A stretch of 64,000 nucleotides of DNA, from assembly GCA_030324005.1 (NCBI GenBank), contig JARDVH010000059.1, positions 73,237,837-73,301,836 on the forward strand, in the 5' to 3' direction. Position numbers and translations under genes: made by a program. The DNA comes from Negaprion brevirostris. Taxonomy: Eukaryota. Of the stretch, positions 37,130 to 49,613 are shown piece by piece; the first letter of the stretch is position 1; every line of letters starts with the position of its first letter. The notes below the pieces were generated by a model that saw only the letters and a list, made by a program, of their open reading frames with translations, was not told where the DNA came from and did no database searches.

Positions 37130-38530
37130 GTGGGTGGAATTTAGTGTGGCCCTCAAGACCAGTTGGGAGGTTGGAGAAGCCAGAGAACTGGGAGGGAAGG
37201 GAATGGGCTGCAAAGAATAATCGAGGAGGACAGGGAGGACTTCCCATTCAGAGGCTAATTGAGGCCTTTAAATGATCAATTAAAGGCTACTTAAGAATCT
37301 CTCTCTATTGCTGCTAGGATTTTATCTGTGGTAGGAGGCCCAACACGGTCAGGGAGATGAGCCAGTATAATCTGGTGGCCTATCCACATGTGGAGGGGAG
37401 GGGTGAGTGGGAGTTTGGGTAAGCCAGGGAGGCCTTTGGATTGGGCACCCCCTGGTGTAAGAAGGGCCTCCCCAGTGACCACTGGAGACACACCCTCCCC
37501 CCACCCTCATGGGGGCCTGCCTGCCTGACACTGGCAACTGCTTGTTCCACTTACCTTTGTTCCTGGCTGGCAACACTTGATGATCCAGGCCAGGTGCAGT
37601 CCAGGCATTGGCCACTACTCCCAGGACCGAAAAGCTGCCAGTCCATTGATTGATGGGCAGCTCTTGGAGGCAGGATATCATCCCTTAAAGGAATAGTGGC
37701 CCCAGAGCCAGGCAGTTAATGACCTGAAGGACACAGAATCTGGCTGAGACGGGTTGTGTCCAGCCTTCTGGCTGGCTGTGAGACAGAATGCAGTCCCTAT
37801 ATCCCAATTGTTTTGTCCAATAATTCACGGATGACAGTATTAAGTTTCATTTGCGTTGTGTCTGCCTAATTGCATAAATGATTAATATCCTCCAGCAAAT
37901 GAGTTATGGTATCCTCTGTGGAGGCAGGCAGGTGCATAATGCCACCAGCCAACATGCCATTTTACTAGCACCAGCCCAATTCCAACCATTTTCCTGGAAG
38001 CCCGATCAAGGGTAGGTAGCTTGTTTAATGAATTGAAAAGCCAATTAAGGTCAATGGTCAGGTCGATTGGAACTTTCCAGTCTGTGGTACCCTCTTGGGT
38101 ATTGGCAGTGCAGCAGCTGGCTGGAGGCAGACTCTTAGCTTCAGTTTAGGAAGTCAACACTCCAGGAAGACTTTGAGCTCCCTCTGCCACCAATCTATTT
38201 GCTTGTATTTGTTGACACAGGCTACCCTGTAGAAGGATTTCTCGTCTGTGATGGTGTTCCAAGCTTTGTCCATTTTTTATTTTGTTTTAAGTTGCTAAGA
38301 GGGCACACCAAGATGGTGGCATCTTTTCTCTGGTTTATCTGCAGTGGCGGGCTCCAGCTCATTCCTTGCCCTCCTATTGGCCCTCCAGCTTTGATGTGCC
38401 ATTTTCAATTGGAGGGTGAGTATGCCCTCTGACCACTAGTTGACTAATCCAAGCAGATTGCTCCTGATGCACTGTGGGGTTAGGACCCATATCTGACATT
38501 GTTTGGGTCCCAATCCAAATGGATACTCCT
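37130..38530. mobile_element. Two adjacent ccaatcag-family repeats
   Basis: ctaattgaggcctttaaatgatcaattaaaggctacttaag (37256); attgattgatgggcagctct; cctcctattggccctccagc. Confidence 0.5.
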
Positions 38531-38839
38531 CCCCTATATCAACAAAGTATGCCTGTCACAGAATGATTGCAGACCTTCTGAGAGTAGGTAGTGACGATCG
38601 CTTCATTGATCACACTACAACGTGGTGTTAAGGGACCGGTACTTTGTTTTATCCGTACGATATAGAGACTGCTGGATTAATTTCCTTGCTGCAAACTCTA
38701 CCATGGGCCAGGAGCAAACTCAGCCCCACTTTCTCCTTGCATAAGATAAAAACAGAAAATGCAGGAAAGACTCAGCAAGTTTAGCACCTTGTGAAGAGAG
38801 AAACCTAGTTAATGTTTCAAGTGGAATAGGTACCTTCGT

Positions 38840-39001
38840 TGATTTGATTTATTCTGTCACATGTATTGATATACAGTGAAAGGTATTGTTTCTTGTGAGC
38901 TACACATACAAAGTATATCATTCATAAGAGAAGGAAAGGAGAGAGTACAGAATGTAGCATTACAGTCATAGCTAGGTTATAGGGAAAGATCAACTTAATG
39001 C
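38840..39001 (-). mobile_element. Rex-Babar-like LINE 3' UTR
   Basis: Reverse complement of about 11810-11935; lies immediately after the repeat terminus at 38745-38825. Confidence 0.75.
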
Positions 39002-39640
39002 TTTGGAACAACTTCTTCCCCATTCTCCTTTATAACTGACTGAGACAGGCTGAGAAACCTACTCTAACTCTAACTGTGCCCCAGGCACAGATGCCTGATT
39101 TAAACTTTGACCCATTGGTCTTAATTTAATTTAAACTTTTCTTCCATGTAATCCTCAATGTCATTTCTCTGACACTTGAAAAAACAACTTTAATTTATTA
39201 ATTTGCCACTGCTGTTACATTGCTTTCCCAAACTCAATTTGTCTTCAGTTACCAACTTGTTTCTCAATTCCTGCTTCAAGTCCTTTTTCAAACTTATCAC
39301 TCCATGCCTTTCCTGTTCATCCCAGAAATCACTCTTTAATCCCGATTTCTGCTCAAGAATCTGTCAACTGCCATCACCAAGTCCCAAATGACAAGGCTGA
39401 AAACAGCAGAATATTACAGAAATAAAAGACAGATGAAAGGGAACAATGATGGAGAGAAACAAAAAAGAACAAAGGAAAAAGAACATTTGAGAAAGACAGA
39501 AGCAGCAACACAAAGATGAGACAAGAAGAGAAAATGTGCACCATCTGCTTTGCAGTGGGAAGCTCATAGAAAATCTAATATAATATATAATTATTAGAAT
39601 AAAACATGAGACAAATGCCAAAAATCTCTGTCCTCATTCA

Positions 39641-39882
39641 CGGCCGGATTCTCCGGTCCCGCTGAAAGTGAATGGAAAGTAAAAGTGGCAACAACAAGGG
39701 GCAAATTTTCTCATTCCGCCCACCATGGGAATTATAGCGGGTGAGAACGGACCATGGAAAGGTCCATTGACCTTGGACATGATTCCCCAGTTTTGGGACG
39801 AGCACAGCTCAAAAATCCCGCCCTAAATTCTCTGTTGCACTTGCAGTGAGGTAGCCACAGACAAAATCAGAAAATCCCGCCC
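39641..39882. mobile_element. MITE nested within a MITE
   Basis: Outer ggccggattctcc...aaaatcccgccc element is split by an inner about 125-bp element (39699-39823) homologous to 41076 and 41265. Confidence 0.65.
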
Positions 39883-40834
39883 TTTTGAAATAGCAAGATA
39901 ATTACGAAACCTTGGAATTATAAGCAAGTGATTCCAATGCAGTGATTACCAAGGAGCCTGCTGCACGAATATCACAATCCTGACTAAATCTATCATAATA
40001 GTTAGTTTATTTCTGCCATGAAGCAAACCATCAATGTTAGTATGTTGACCGTTTTACTTGCAGTTTATTGGTCTTGTAAAATAGATCATACATCTCCACA
40101 TATGTATTTTTTTTTCTGTTTTCTCTGTAAATGAATTTGTGATCATGAACAATTCACAATCCAACATTCTATATGAAGGTTAACAAAGGAGTAGCTGAAT
40201 AATACATGGTATCCGAGATAGGGTGGAACCCCTTACGTTTGCCAATGCAGAGGATTATATTAGTAGTTGTACATGAATATCCAGTTGCACAATCATAAAG
40301 AATGACCCTAAATCAAAAAGGAATGTATATTACCAATACAGAACAGAAATTTTGGGTTTAAAACAATAAAAGGTCTGGCTGGCTTTGGAGAGTTTTTTAA
40401 AAAAGAAGCCTGCTGCTGTAGATTAACGTCATTAAATTCTAATCTTGGCGGAATATTCTTAACCCATCTGTAACATACATAATCATCCCCTTTGCTTTAA
40501 GACAGTCCTTCTGTTGTTTTGAATGCACTAATGCACAACATAAGGATGAGAAATAGGCAAACGCAAAAGCAGTTTATTAGGGTACTATATAGATAAGTGG
40601 TTTCATCAGGGGAATGGAAGAACTGATAATTGTCTACACATGCCATTAGAATTTGTGTTTGTTTGTTGGAATCGACCATAATTGAATGCTGTTGAGGCAT
40701 TGTAGCTTACGGACTTGCTTCACACTGTTACATTCGCAAGTCTTACTTTGGTAATGGAATTAAATCAGCTAATAGGCAGGAATACAGACACAAAATGTTT
40801 GAGTGTCTGTTTTACCAAGCTTTCTTCAAAAATT

Positions 40835-41060
40835 AAAAACATAAGAACTAGGAGTTGGAGTAGGCTATCTAGCCCTTCAAGCCTGCTCCGCCATTCAATA
40901 AAATCATAGCTGATCTTTTCGTGGACTCAGCTCCACTTACCCGCCCGTTCACCATAACCCTTAATTCCTTTACCGTTCAAACAGTTATCTATCCTTGCCT
41001 TAAAAACATTCAGTGAGGTAGTTTCAACTGCCTCACTGGGCAGGGAATTCCACAGATTTG
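40835..41060 (-). mobile_element. CR1 3' end
   Basis: aacataagaactaggagttggagtaggctatctagcccttcaagcctgctccgccattcaat. Confidence 0.88.
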
Positions 41061-41075
41061 CAATGTAAACTCTCT

Positions 41076-41390
41076 GACCGAAATGTTCCCAACCTGCCCA
41101 CCACAGGAATCATAGCTGGCAGGACATGGAGTATGTAAAGTTTCATTGACCTCGAGCGGGATTTTCCAGTTTTTAGGTAAGCACAGCAGGAAAATCCTGT
41201 CCTCTGTGTTTGAAGTCTGGTAAGAGGACAATAGGTAACTGGAATAGTATTCTGTAAAAACGTTGACCAGAATTTTCCTGTCCCACCCACCACAGGAATC
41301 ATAGCGGGGGGCGGTTCATCCATGCAAAGGTCAATTGATCTTGGGCGGGATTTTCCATTTTGGGGCAAGCATGACCGGAAAATTCCACCC
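41076..41390. mobile_element. Two direct copies of an about 125-bp MITE
   Basis: cccaccacaggaatcatagc...cattgacctcgagcgggattttcca (41076-41200) vs cccaccacaggaatcatagc...aattgatcttgggcgggattttcca (41265-41390). Confidence 0.75.
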
Positions 41391-41546
41391 ATTGAGCTAA
41401 TCAGAGAATGATCTTTTGGATAATTGGTATAACACACAGGCAGATAAGAGTTTGGGTTGTCTTCCATCATCCTCTAGGGTAAAGATTGCAGTCAAAGAGG
41501 AAAGAGTAGTCTGAGGTGTAGTATTTCTTCCACCTCTCCTTCAAAA

Positions 41547-41840
41547 GGGGGTGGCACAGCGGTTAGCACTGCTGCCTCACAGCATCAGGGTCCCGGGTTT
41601 GATTCCCAGCTTAATCACTGTCTGTGTGGAGTTTGTACTTTCTCTCTGTGTCTGTGTGGGTTTCCACTGAGTGCTCTGGTTTTCTCCCACAGTGCAAAGA
41701 TGTGCAGATTTGATGCATTGACCATGCTAAATTTTCCCTCAGTGCACCTGAACAAGCGCCGGAGAATGATGACTAGGGATTTTCACAGTAGCTTAGTTGC
41801 AGTGTTAATGTCAGCCCACTTGTGAGTAATAAATACACTT
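41547..41840 (+). mobile_element. HE1-like SINE with alternative tail
   Basis: gtggcacagcggttagcactgctgcctcac head; gggattttcacagta...cttgtgagtaataaa tail. Confidence 0.9.
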
Positions 41841-41999
41841 TGAAAGAAAGAAAAATTAGTGGGTGATTAAGTCTTGCCATTCTTTTGCATCCCTTAAATG
41901 CAATTTGTGGCAATGTTGGCAAAAAATCAGGATTGAGAAGAAAACAAAAGTTCAAAAAATGATATGAAAACATGTTGAAATTAGTACTGCTGGAACAAG

Positions 42000-42490
42000 G
42001 CACTAGGATGAAATTCAGGAAGGAGCACAAAGCAAGTTCCTATCAGCAAATAAAAGTTAAGGCTATTGAGTTCAGAAATTCAGGTAAGGAAATTTGTGAG
42101 GCCTCTTATCCAAGTGGAAATGTAGCACTACGACTATGAAGTTGGTTGATGGACAGGAAACAAATTTAAGGTAAATGGGTATTGAAGAGATTGGAAAGAG
42201 ATGCACGTGGTCTACCCCAGGGGTCAGTGCTAAGTCCACTTTTCTTGGTTTAAATAACTGGTTTGGATTTTTATATAGAGAGTACGATTTTGAAATTTAC
42301 TTCCATACACTGCAAAATATAATATTCATTATTCCTCCCACATGCTGTGCATAAATTGTTACGAGTACAAAAAGCCTGATTTGAAATGTAAAGAGTGAAC
42401 TGTAAGAAAAAATAGAGAAGCTTAAACTTTACAGTGTAGAAAAAAGGCAATTAAACAGGGACTTAGTCAAGCTATATAAAATATTAAGTG
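42000..42490 (+). mobile_element. Old CR1 RT remnant
   Basis: GLPQGSVLSPL RT motif at about 42209; agagaagcttaaactttacagtgtagaaaaaagg resembles LxLFSLEKRRL. Confidence 0.65.
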
Positions 42491-42496
42491 AACCAC

Positions 42497-42913
42497 GGCT
42501 CAGTGAGGGCCACTCTTACCTCTTGAGTCTCGAGGTTCCAGGTTCAAAGGCCACGCCAGGACATGAGTACCCAAAGCAAGACTGACAATCCAGTGCAGTG
42601 CTGAAAGAGTGCTGCGTTGTCAGAGTTGCTGTCTTTTGGATAGGGTGTTAAATTAAGACTCCAACTGCCTATTTAGGTAGGTGTAAAAGACTGTGTGGCA
42701 CTATTTTGAAGAAGAGTAGGAGAGTTATTCCCCAAAGTCCTGGTCAATCTTTATCCATCAATGAACATCGTCAAGCTACATTAACTGGTTATCATCACAT
42801 TGCCATTTTCTGAGAGTTTGCTGTGTACAGCATTGATTACATCTCAAAAAGTACTTTTTTGACTGTGAAGTGGTTGTGAAATTCTATATAAATGCAGGGC
42901 ATTTTTTTCTTTT
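42497..42913 (+). mobile_element. DeuSINE (SacSINE1/AmnSINE1-related)
   Basis: tRNA-like head (ggctcagtg, ggttcaaa), Deu-domain-like gtgctgcgttgtcagagttgctgtcttttggat...gtaaaagactgtgtggcactattttgaagaagag, L2-like tail ctatataaatgca. Confidence 0.8.
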
Positions 42914-42961
42914 AATGAGATAAGCCCTAAATATTATTTTATAATTAGGGATTAAGTAATC

Positions 42962-43519
42962 TGTGGTGGCACGGTCCCTTTAAGAGGGTGATCCCTGAGA
43001 GTCATATGATTAGGCCGGACCCCATGAAAATCAACTTGGGTAGCCAAGCCAATCGGAGACAAGGTCGTTTGTCCTCTGCCAGGGAGCAGAAGAGTGCAGG
43101 CGTGTATTTTAATTCTGTCAGACCATTGCTTGTACCTATGTATTAACTATTGTTGGTAATAAGCTCTTCTTACTTTGAAGTCATGATGTGTCATAGAATC
43201 ATAGAATCCCTACAATGCAGAAGGAGGCCATTTGGCCCATCGAGCCTGTACCAACAATAATCCCTTTCAGGCCCTATACTCGTAACGCCATATATTTACC
43301 CTGCTAATCCCCCTGACATTAATGGGCAATTTAGCATAGCCAATCAACCGAATCTGCACATCTTTGGCATGTGGGAGGAAGCCAGAGCACCACGCAGACA
43401 CAGGGAAAATGTGCAAAATCCACACAGTCATGAGAGGCCGGAATTAAATCCAGATCCCTAGCGCTGTCAGGCAGCAGTGCTAACCACTATGCTACCATGC
43501 CACCTTCAAAGTTATTACA
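42962..43519 (+). mobile_element. Solo LTR interrupted by an HE1 SINE
   Basis: TGT...ACA termini; flanks taatc (42957-42961) and taacc (43520-43524), a 5-bp TSD with one mismatch; aataag polyA-like signal near 43158. Confidence 0.6.
43191..43504 (-). mobile_element. HE1-type SINE
   Basis: catagaatcatagaatccctacaatgcagaaggaggcc...gcagcagtgctaaccactatgctaccatgcc. Confidence 0.92.
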
Positions 43520-43547
43520 TAACCTAAAAAGAATCATCATGATACTT

Positions 43548-44410
43548 TGGGCCATTTTTACCATTTTCATTCCAAGTGCTGAATCTCGGTGCAATTCAGA
43601 TCCGACTTAGAAAACTGCTCTCAGGCACCCTATTAGCACTTAGCCTTAAAAAAAATCATGGGTCTGAATCAACTGTGGGTGGCGCTTAGTGCACCCGAAA
43701 TGACTGGAGCTCTGAACTGCGTGTGTGTTAAAAAAATTTGAAAAAAACGCTCCCGTGTCATATAGCTCCCAGACCGCAGAAAGCAGATAAAGCAGGAGCA
43801 ATAGTCCCCACAGACATTACTCTCCCTGTTATCCAACCCCCTACTACCCAGACTGGGCGTGACCTCCTGTCCCCTTCCCCACCTCTCCCCCACTGATTGC
43901 CCATGGAATGGCAGTGGAATCCCCTACTCCTACCCCCCTCCTCCCCCCATGGAATCCAGCTGGCCTCCTCCCTCCACCTCCTCTCCTCCCAAACCAGAGA
44001 ACAATCTGGCCTTATTACCCTCCGTCCTCCCCCTGCCCTCTGNNNNNNNNNNNNNNNNNNNNNNNNNNNNNNNNNNNNNNNNNNNNNNNNNNNNNNNNNN
44101 NNNNNNNNNNNNNNTGCCTGAAACAGACTTTAATTTAGCATGTCCATTTCGACCCAATTCCAGATCGGCGAATGCAATGGTAAAGGGGGAAATGTTGATA
44201 AAGTTGGGCGGGCAGTTCATTAATTCAATCGAAATGCATGCAAATGCATTTAAATCACCGTTGCGCCCATTTCGGGCGCAAATCTGATCTTGGCCATTCT
44301 TGGGCCTCAGTAAAGTGGCCATCTGTGTGGACGCAGATCACGTTAATGGTCTCACGCCCAACTTTACCAAGTTTTCATGCCTGAAAATGGGCACAACAAA
44401 TCAGGTCCAC
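43548..44410. mobile_element. Long GG-terminated TIR element, non-autonomous
   Basis: Starts tgggccatttttacc, ends aaatcaggtcca; CpG-rich relative to flanks, with a C-rich core; contains aaatgcatgcaaatgcattt. Confidence 0.55.
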
Positions 44411-45089
44411 TGTATTTATTTGATGGCAGTTACAAATGCACTGACAAAAAAACAAATCAGTAAGAAGTGAATTGATATCAAAAATCATCCCGTTATTCAG
44501 AGTTATAAGTACTTGGGAAATCTGCCAGGCAATGGAAACACTAATCTTGATGAGGCAACTGTTTGTCCAGTATTAACAACGGGGTTCAGCACAGTTTCTG
44601 GGATGATAGTCTATACTTTGCTCTCAATAGTCTTACTGTCTGAACTTGTTAATCAGCATGTTTCCAGTTGTAGTTAAATGAATAAATTAAAATATTTCAC
44701 AACCCAGGAAGTTGACCATTTTGTTGTCAATGTCCCTTACAGCACAGAAAATTTGAATTCACTGATCTCAGTGCTTCACTACTGCTATTACTTTTACTGT
44801 GCAAGCATGCAAAACTGTGGTGCGTTTCAGCCTCGTTCCTGCATTGTTTTGTACAAGTCATGTCATGTGGTAGAGGTGAAATATTTGGGATGTTTGTTAA
44901 AGTACTGGATGGCAGAGCATCAGTGGGTCAAATGTTTTCTTCTGTTCTTACATGTTTGCATTCACAAGAGTAATAGTGAATATGTTTCTGATTTCCTTAA
45001 AGTGACTTGGATCTGTATTTTTTAGCCATCTTTTCAAGTTAACATGAGTTCAGTGGGATATACATCTAGTTACTAGGGTTATTTGGAAA

Positions 45090-45925
45090 GAGCAGTCACA
45101 ATAGGACATATAGGCTAGTGAAATGAGCAGGCAACTAGCTGCTGGAATTTAATCCAGCGAATTGTGAGGGGATGTGTTTTGGCAGAACGGATGGGCAAAG
45201 GCAATAAAAGTTAAATGGCACAGTTTAAAACAGTGTGCAGGAACCGCGAGGTTCAGAGGCTTGTTTTGAAGGTAGCAGGGTATACTGAGAGAATGGTAGT
45301 GAATTATATAGGACCTTGGGCCTCACAAAATAGAGGTTACCGAGGTAGAGTGCTAAAGTGGGGAATTTGTGCTGAACCTGTAAAACTCTGTTAGACCACA
45401 GTTAGAGTATTATGTTCAGTTCTGGTTACCACACTTTCGGAAGGGTATGAGAATCCTTGAGTGCATGCAGTGGGGATTTGACAGCGTGGTTTGAGAGATG
45501 AGGGAATTTAGCTCCAAATAGATTAGAGAAGTTGGGGTTGTTCTCTTTGGACCAAAGAAGTTGCAGGGAGATTTTATAAAGGTGTTCAGGATTATGACAT
45601 GTTTAGACAAGATTGACAACGCAAAAACTATTCCCATCAACTAATGGTACAGGAACGAGGGGACACAGATTTAAGCTTTTGGGTAAAAATTGCACAGGAA
45701 GTGTGAGGAAGAATGGTTTTTATGCAGCAAGTGGGAATGACCTTGAACTTGTTGTCTCTAAGGGTAGGTGAAAGCGAAGATGGTAAATGATTTCAGATGG
45801 AAATTGGATGGGAAATAAACATACAAGGCTGTGAATATAGAGCAGAGCAATGGGACTGATTGGATTGCTCAACAGAGAATTGGCATGGACACCTCTTACA
45901 TGATTGTAACTCTGTGACTCTATAA
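45090..45925 (+). mobile_element. CR1 LINE 3' region
   Basis: VRPQLEYYVQFWLPHFRK, LQGDFIKVFRIM, GTRGHRFKL motifs. Confidence 0.88.
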
Positions 45926-46224
45926 ACAGAAAGTGTTAGGCCATTCCTACATACAATATATCATTTGAATTCTCTACCTTGTCTCTTTCTGTCCCTTAAC
46001 AGACCATTTTATGTACTGTTCTGTTTTCCACCTGTGCGTGGTTTTTTTTGTTTCTTGAATGCAAGGTACAGATTGTGAGCATCTTAAATTTAGATTCTTG
46101 AAACTCAATGCAAAGTACTTTGAATCTTACCCTGATGGATTACATCTAATATAGTTAAAACATTGGGTAATTGTTCAATAAAAAAAATGGACTAATATAT
46201 GATGAAAGTGAATCACTAAATAGA

Positions 46225-47243
46225 TCATAAGAAATAAATGTGGGAATAGGCCATTTGACCCGTTGCATCTGCCCCACCATTTAGTAAGGTCATTGCTGAT
46301 CTGATTGTGGCCTGTTATAATCCTTAATTAGAAGCCTGAGTTGTTGGTGAAATCCAGTTATTGTTTTATTTAAAGTAGAAGAAGTTTGAAACTCCAGACA
46401 CTCGCTGATCCACAAGCTTCCACAAGTTCCGAACAAAGATAAACTTTATAAGATCAGAAAGGCAATATAATTTACAATATCTGTCTTGTACCNNNNNNNN
46501 NNNNNNNNNNNNNNNNNNNNNNNNNNNNNNNNNNNNNNNNNNNNNNNNNNNNNNNNNNNNNNNNNNNNNNNNNNNNNNNNNNNNNNNNNNNNACCTTAAT
46601 CACAGAATCATGGAATCATAGAATCCCTTAAGGAGGCCATTCGGCCTGTGGAGTCCACAATCCCAATCACACCCAGACCCTATTCCTGTAACCCCACATA
46701 TTTACGCTGCGAATCCCAGTAACACTAGGGTCACTTCATCTCAGACATCCTTTTGGGACCTCTTTTTTTCTCCTCTTCCCTATTTGGAAGTTCTCTCTGG
46801 TCCCCTCCCTGACCCCTGGCTGGGATACTTGCTAGCTTTGGTGCCCTGCATCCAGTCACCTGACTCAGTCTTTCATGCCCCAGAAACATAAAAGTACTGA
46901 TCTGCGCAAGGTCTGCATAAGTGTAAAGATTCGAAGAGTTGTCAAGAGTTGAAGTTCCCAACCTCTGAGTTCCATATCAGGGTAGGTTTGAGTTTCATAA
47001 CCAGCCTCAGCTCAACTTTTCTGCTTGTTCCCCATAACCCTTGACTCCCTTGTAGATCAAAAATCTGACTCTGTTTTGAATAAATTAACGGATCCAGCTG
47101 TTGATACTTTCAACACCAAAGAATTCCGAAGAATACTGGCCACCTCAGAGAAAAATTCCTGATTGACTCCATCACAAATGGAAAAATTTTTTATTTTGAA
47201 ACTGTGCCCCCAGTTCTACATTTGTCCAGGAGGGGAAACATTG
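46225..47243 (-). mobile_element. CR1 3' end split by a solo LTR
   Basis: cataagaaataaatgtgggaataggccatttgaccc...tgattgtggcc (to 46312) resumes as agcctcagctcaac...ccccataacccttgactcc at about 47003. Confidence 0.75.
46313..47002. mobile_element. Probable solo LTR containing a gap and an HE1 fragment (about 46598-46735)
   Basis: tgttat ... ataac termini; flanks ggcc / agcc; cleanly interrupts a CR1 tail. Confidence 0.5.
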
Positions 47244-48379
47244 GCCTGGATTTTCATCCTTGAGGCAGGTAGTGGAAGTCTGGAAAATTCTCAGCTCAGT
47301 CCACTCGCATCAGCAGAAAGTGTCTGCAAAGACAGGATCTTCATTGCTGGGGGTGGGTGTGGGCAGGAGTCAAACCAACCATCATAGGATGAGGTTTGGA
47401 GGCAGCCACAGGGGTTGCTGTTTGCAGAGCCAGGCCATTTTGATGCTGTAGGACTTTGCCACAGTTAAAATAAAAAGTCTTCACTCCTCATACAGTCTGC
47501 AAACATTCCCCATTCCCTATCCATATCATCCTCTTCCTCCATCTCCTCCCACTCACCCCTAAAGCCCCTTATGTCCTCTGCCCTTCCACTCACCCTTATG
47601 GCCCCCATGCCACGTTATGGCATTTATATGCCCATTGACCCACTATGTACTGTCTAGAACTAATGAACCCTGTATCGAGGCAGGTACAATTTTGTCTTTT
47701 AAAAAGCTTTTGGACAGTTACATGGCTAAGAAGGGTGTAGACGGATATGGATGTGTTCAAAAGAAAATTCTAAAAAGTAATTTATTTGTAACTTCTTCTG
47801 AGGTTGAAAGAAAAGCCATTTTACTATAAGTTACTAAAATGTGTCCATCATCCAACTCTTTAAAATATCAATAACAAAAACCATAAACCCTCGAAGCCAC
47901 TTAACCCTTGAGTAAATAAACATTATGAAATTGACAGCCAGAAATCTGAGAACCTGAGTTGTCAACCAAACAATGTTTTCTCTGGAGCAGGTTTCTTAGC
48001 ATTCTTAAAGCTATCTGGACTCTCAGCCAAGCATACATAATGGGGCATAGCTTAGAGCCAACATCCATTAAGCTTGTTGAAGAAGCTGCATCATAGCCAT
48101 AGNNNNNNNNNNNNNNNNNNNNNNNNNNNNNNNNNNNNNGGGAAAAAAGGATGGCACAGAATGGAAGGGTAGAGCTTGAGGAGGCATGGAGGTGAGAAGA
48201 ATGGAAGGGCTTGGCAGAGTAGTCATGAGGGACTAAGGGGCTTGGGTGGAATGGTAGAGCTTAGCATTGGTGGTATGAAGGACTATGAGGGGTGGATGAA
48301 AGGACATCACTTGATGGAAGAGACAGAAGGGCATGGGGGTGGGGTTGTGGGAGTGGGGGATGATGGCAGAGCTTTGCCT
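47244..48379. mobile_element. Large quasi-palindromic non-autonomous element (family of 26480-27810)
   Basis: Begins ggcctggattttc; C-rich and G-rich arms; shared AT-rich core; contains a small CR1 piece at about 47670-47750. Confidence 0.55.
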
Positions 48380-48569
48380 GGGGGAAAGTTAGTATGGCCA
48401 ATCAACCTAACCCGCACATCTATGGATTGTGGGAGGAAACCAGAGCATCCGGAGAAAATCCACGCAGACATGGGGAGAATGTGTCAACTTCACACAAACA
48501 GTCATCCAATGCCAGAATCAAACCCAGGTCCCTGGCACTGTGAGGCAGCAGTGATAACCAATGCGCCAT
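48380..48569 (-). mobile_element. HE1-type SINE, 5' part
   Basis: ggccaatcaacctaacccgcacatc...tgtgaggcagcagtgataacca. Confidence 0.88.
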
Positions 48570-48594
48570 TCTTTTTTGCCTTTCCTTTCTAATC

Positions 48595-48834
48595 ACTTAG
48601 TGATAGAGATTTATAGCATAGAAACAGGCCTTTCAACTTGTCAATGTCGCCCAATTTTTACAACTCAGCTAGTTCCAATTACCCTCATTTGGCCCATATC
48701 CCTCTATACCCTTCTTAGCCATGTAACTGTCCAAAAGCTTTTTAAAAGACAAAATTGTACCAGCCTCTATTACTGCCTCTGGCAGCTCATTCAAGACACT
48801 CACCCTACCCTCTGAGTGAAAATACTGCCCCTCT
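48595..48834 (-). mobile_element. CR1 3' end
   Basis: atagagatttatagcatagaaacaggcc...tggcccatatccctctatacc...ctctggcagctcattc. Confidence 0.8.
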
Positions 48835-49299
48835 TGTTGTAAGTGCCTGCTAACCCTTTGTGATTCTTGTACAAAAATAGCCAGATTCCTCTGTACCTCA
48901 GCATTCTGCAGTTTCTCTCCATTTAAATAATATTCTGTCAGAAGGAATCAAACCAACCTAATCTCAATTCCCTCTTCCATTCATCTAATCATAAAAAATA
49001 ACTTGGGTACATGTCAGAAAAATTGAACGGTAAATAAAATCTATTAAGGGATAACAAAGCAAAATATAGAGAATTTAAATGGTTTGATGGATTATCCCAT
49101 CACTTTGACAGATGAGTGCTCAGTGAAGAGATCAATTGTTCATCATTTAGTTTGGTGTTGTCTTGTATGTAATGTTAAACTATTTCCAATTACAAATATT
49201 CAACACAAAGTTACAGTTGGATGGGAGGGTGAAGGCACTGGTCTTGTCACATGTTTACTTGTCCCATTGGGATTTAATTCTGTCCTGCTCAACTGTCAG

Positions 49300-49605
49300 A
49301 ATTTCTTGATGTCAGAGACCTCTCTGCTTTGGATCTGGGGGGCAGGGGGGAAGTCCAAGTTGCGGGCTGTGTGATTGGTTTCCAGAATGTATTGAAGTTT
49401 GGGCCATCCAATGGTGTGGGTTCCCCATGCTCAGCTGACTGTGGAACACTGACTTTGGTATGCAGGGATCCTCCATGTGAACCACATGGCCCATCCTGAA
49501 ACTGAGCATGTTCTCAGTACCAGATGCAGAACCTTACAAGAACTTTGGTGTTTGTGATTGTGTCCTGCCACATGATGCTACAGGTAGACTTGAAGCAGCA
49601 GTGGT
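49300..49605 (-). mobile_element. RTE-clade LINE C-terminal fragment
   Basis: WQDTITNTKVL...MGHVVHMEDPCIPKSVFHSQLSMG...GWPKL resembles the RTE motif WxGHVxRMxDxRIPKxxxYxxL..GRP. Confidence 0.75.
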
Positions 49606-49613
49606 GGAATAAA

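Noticed and set aside
36683-37144. 153-aa ORF
   Set aside because: It starts in CR1 remnant sequence out of frame, and the remainder has no recognisable homology
42060-42095. + strand donor CAG|GTAAGG
   Set aside because: It lies inside a decayed CR1 RT remnant
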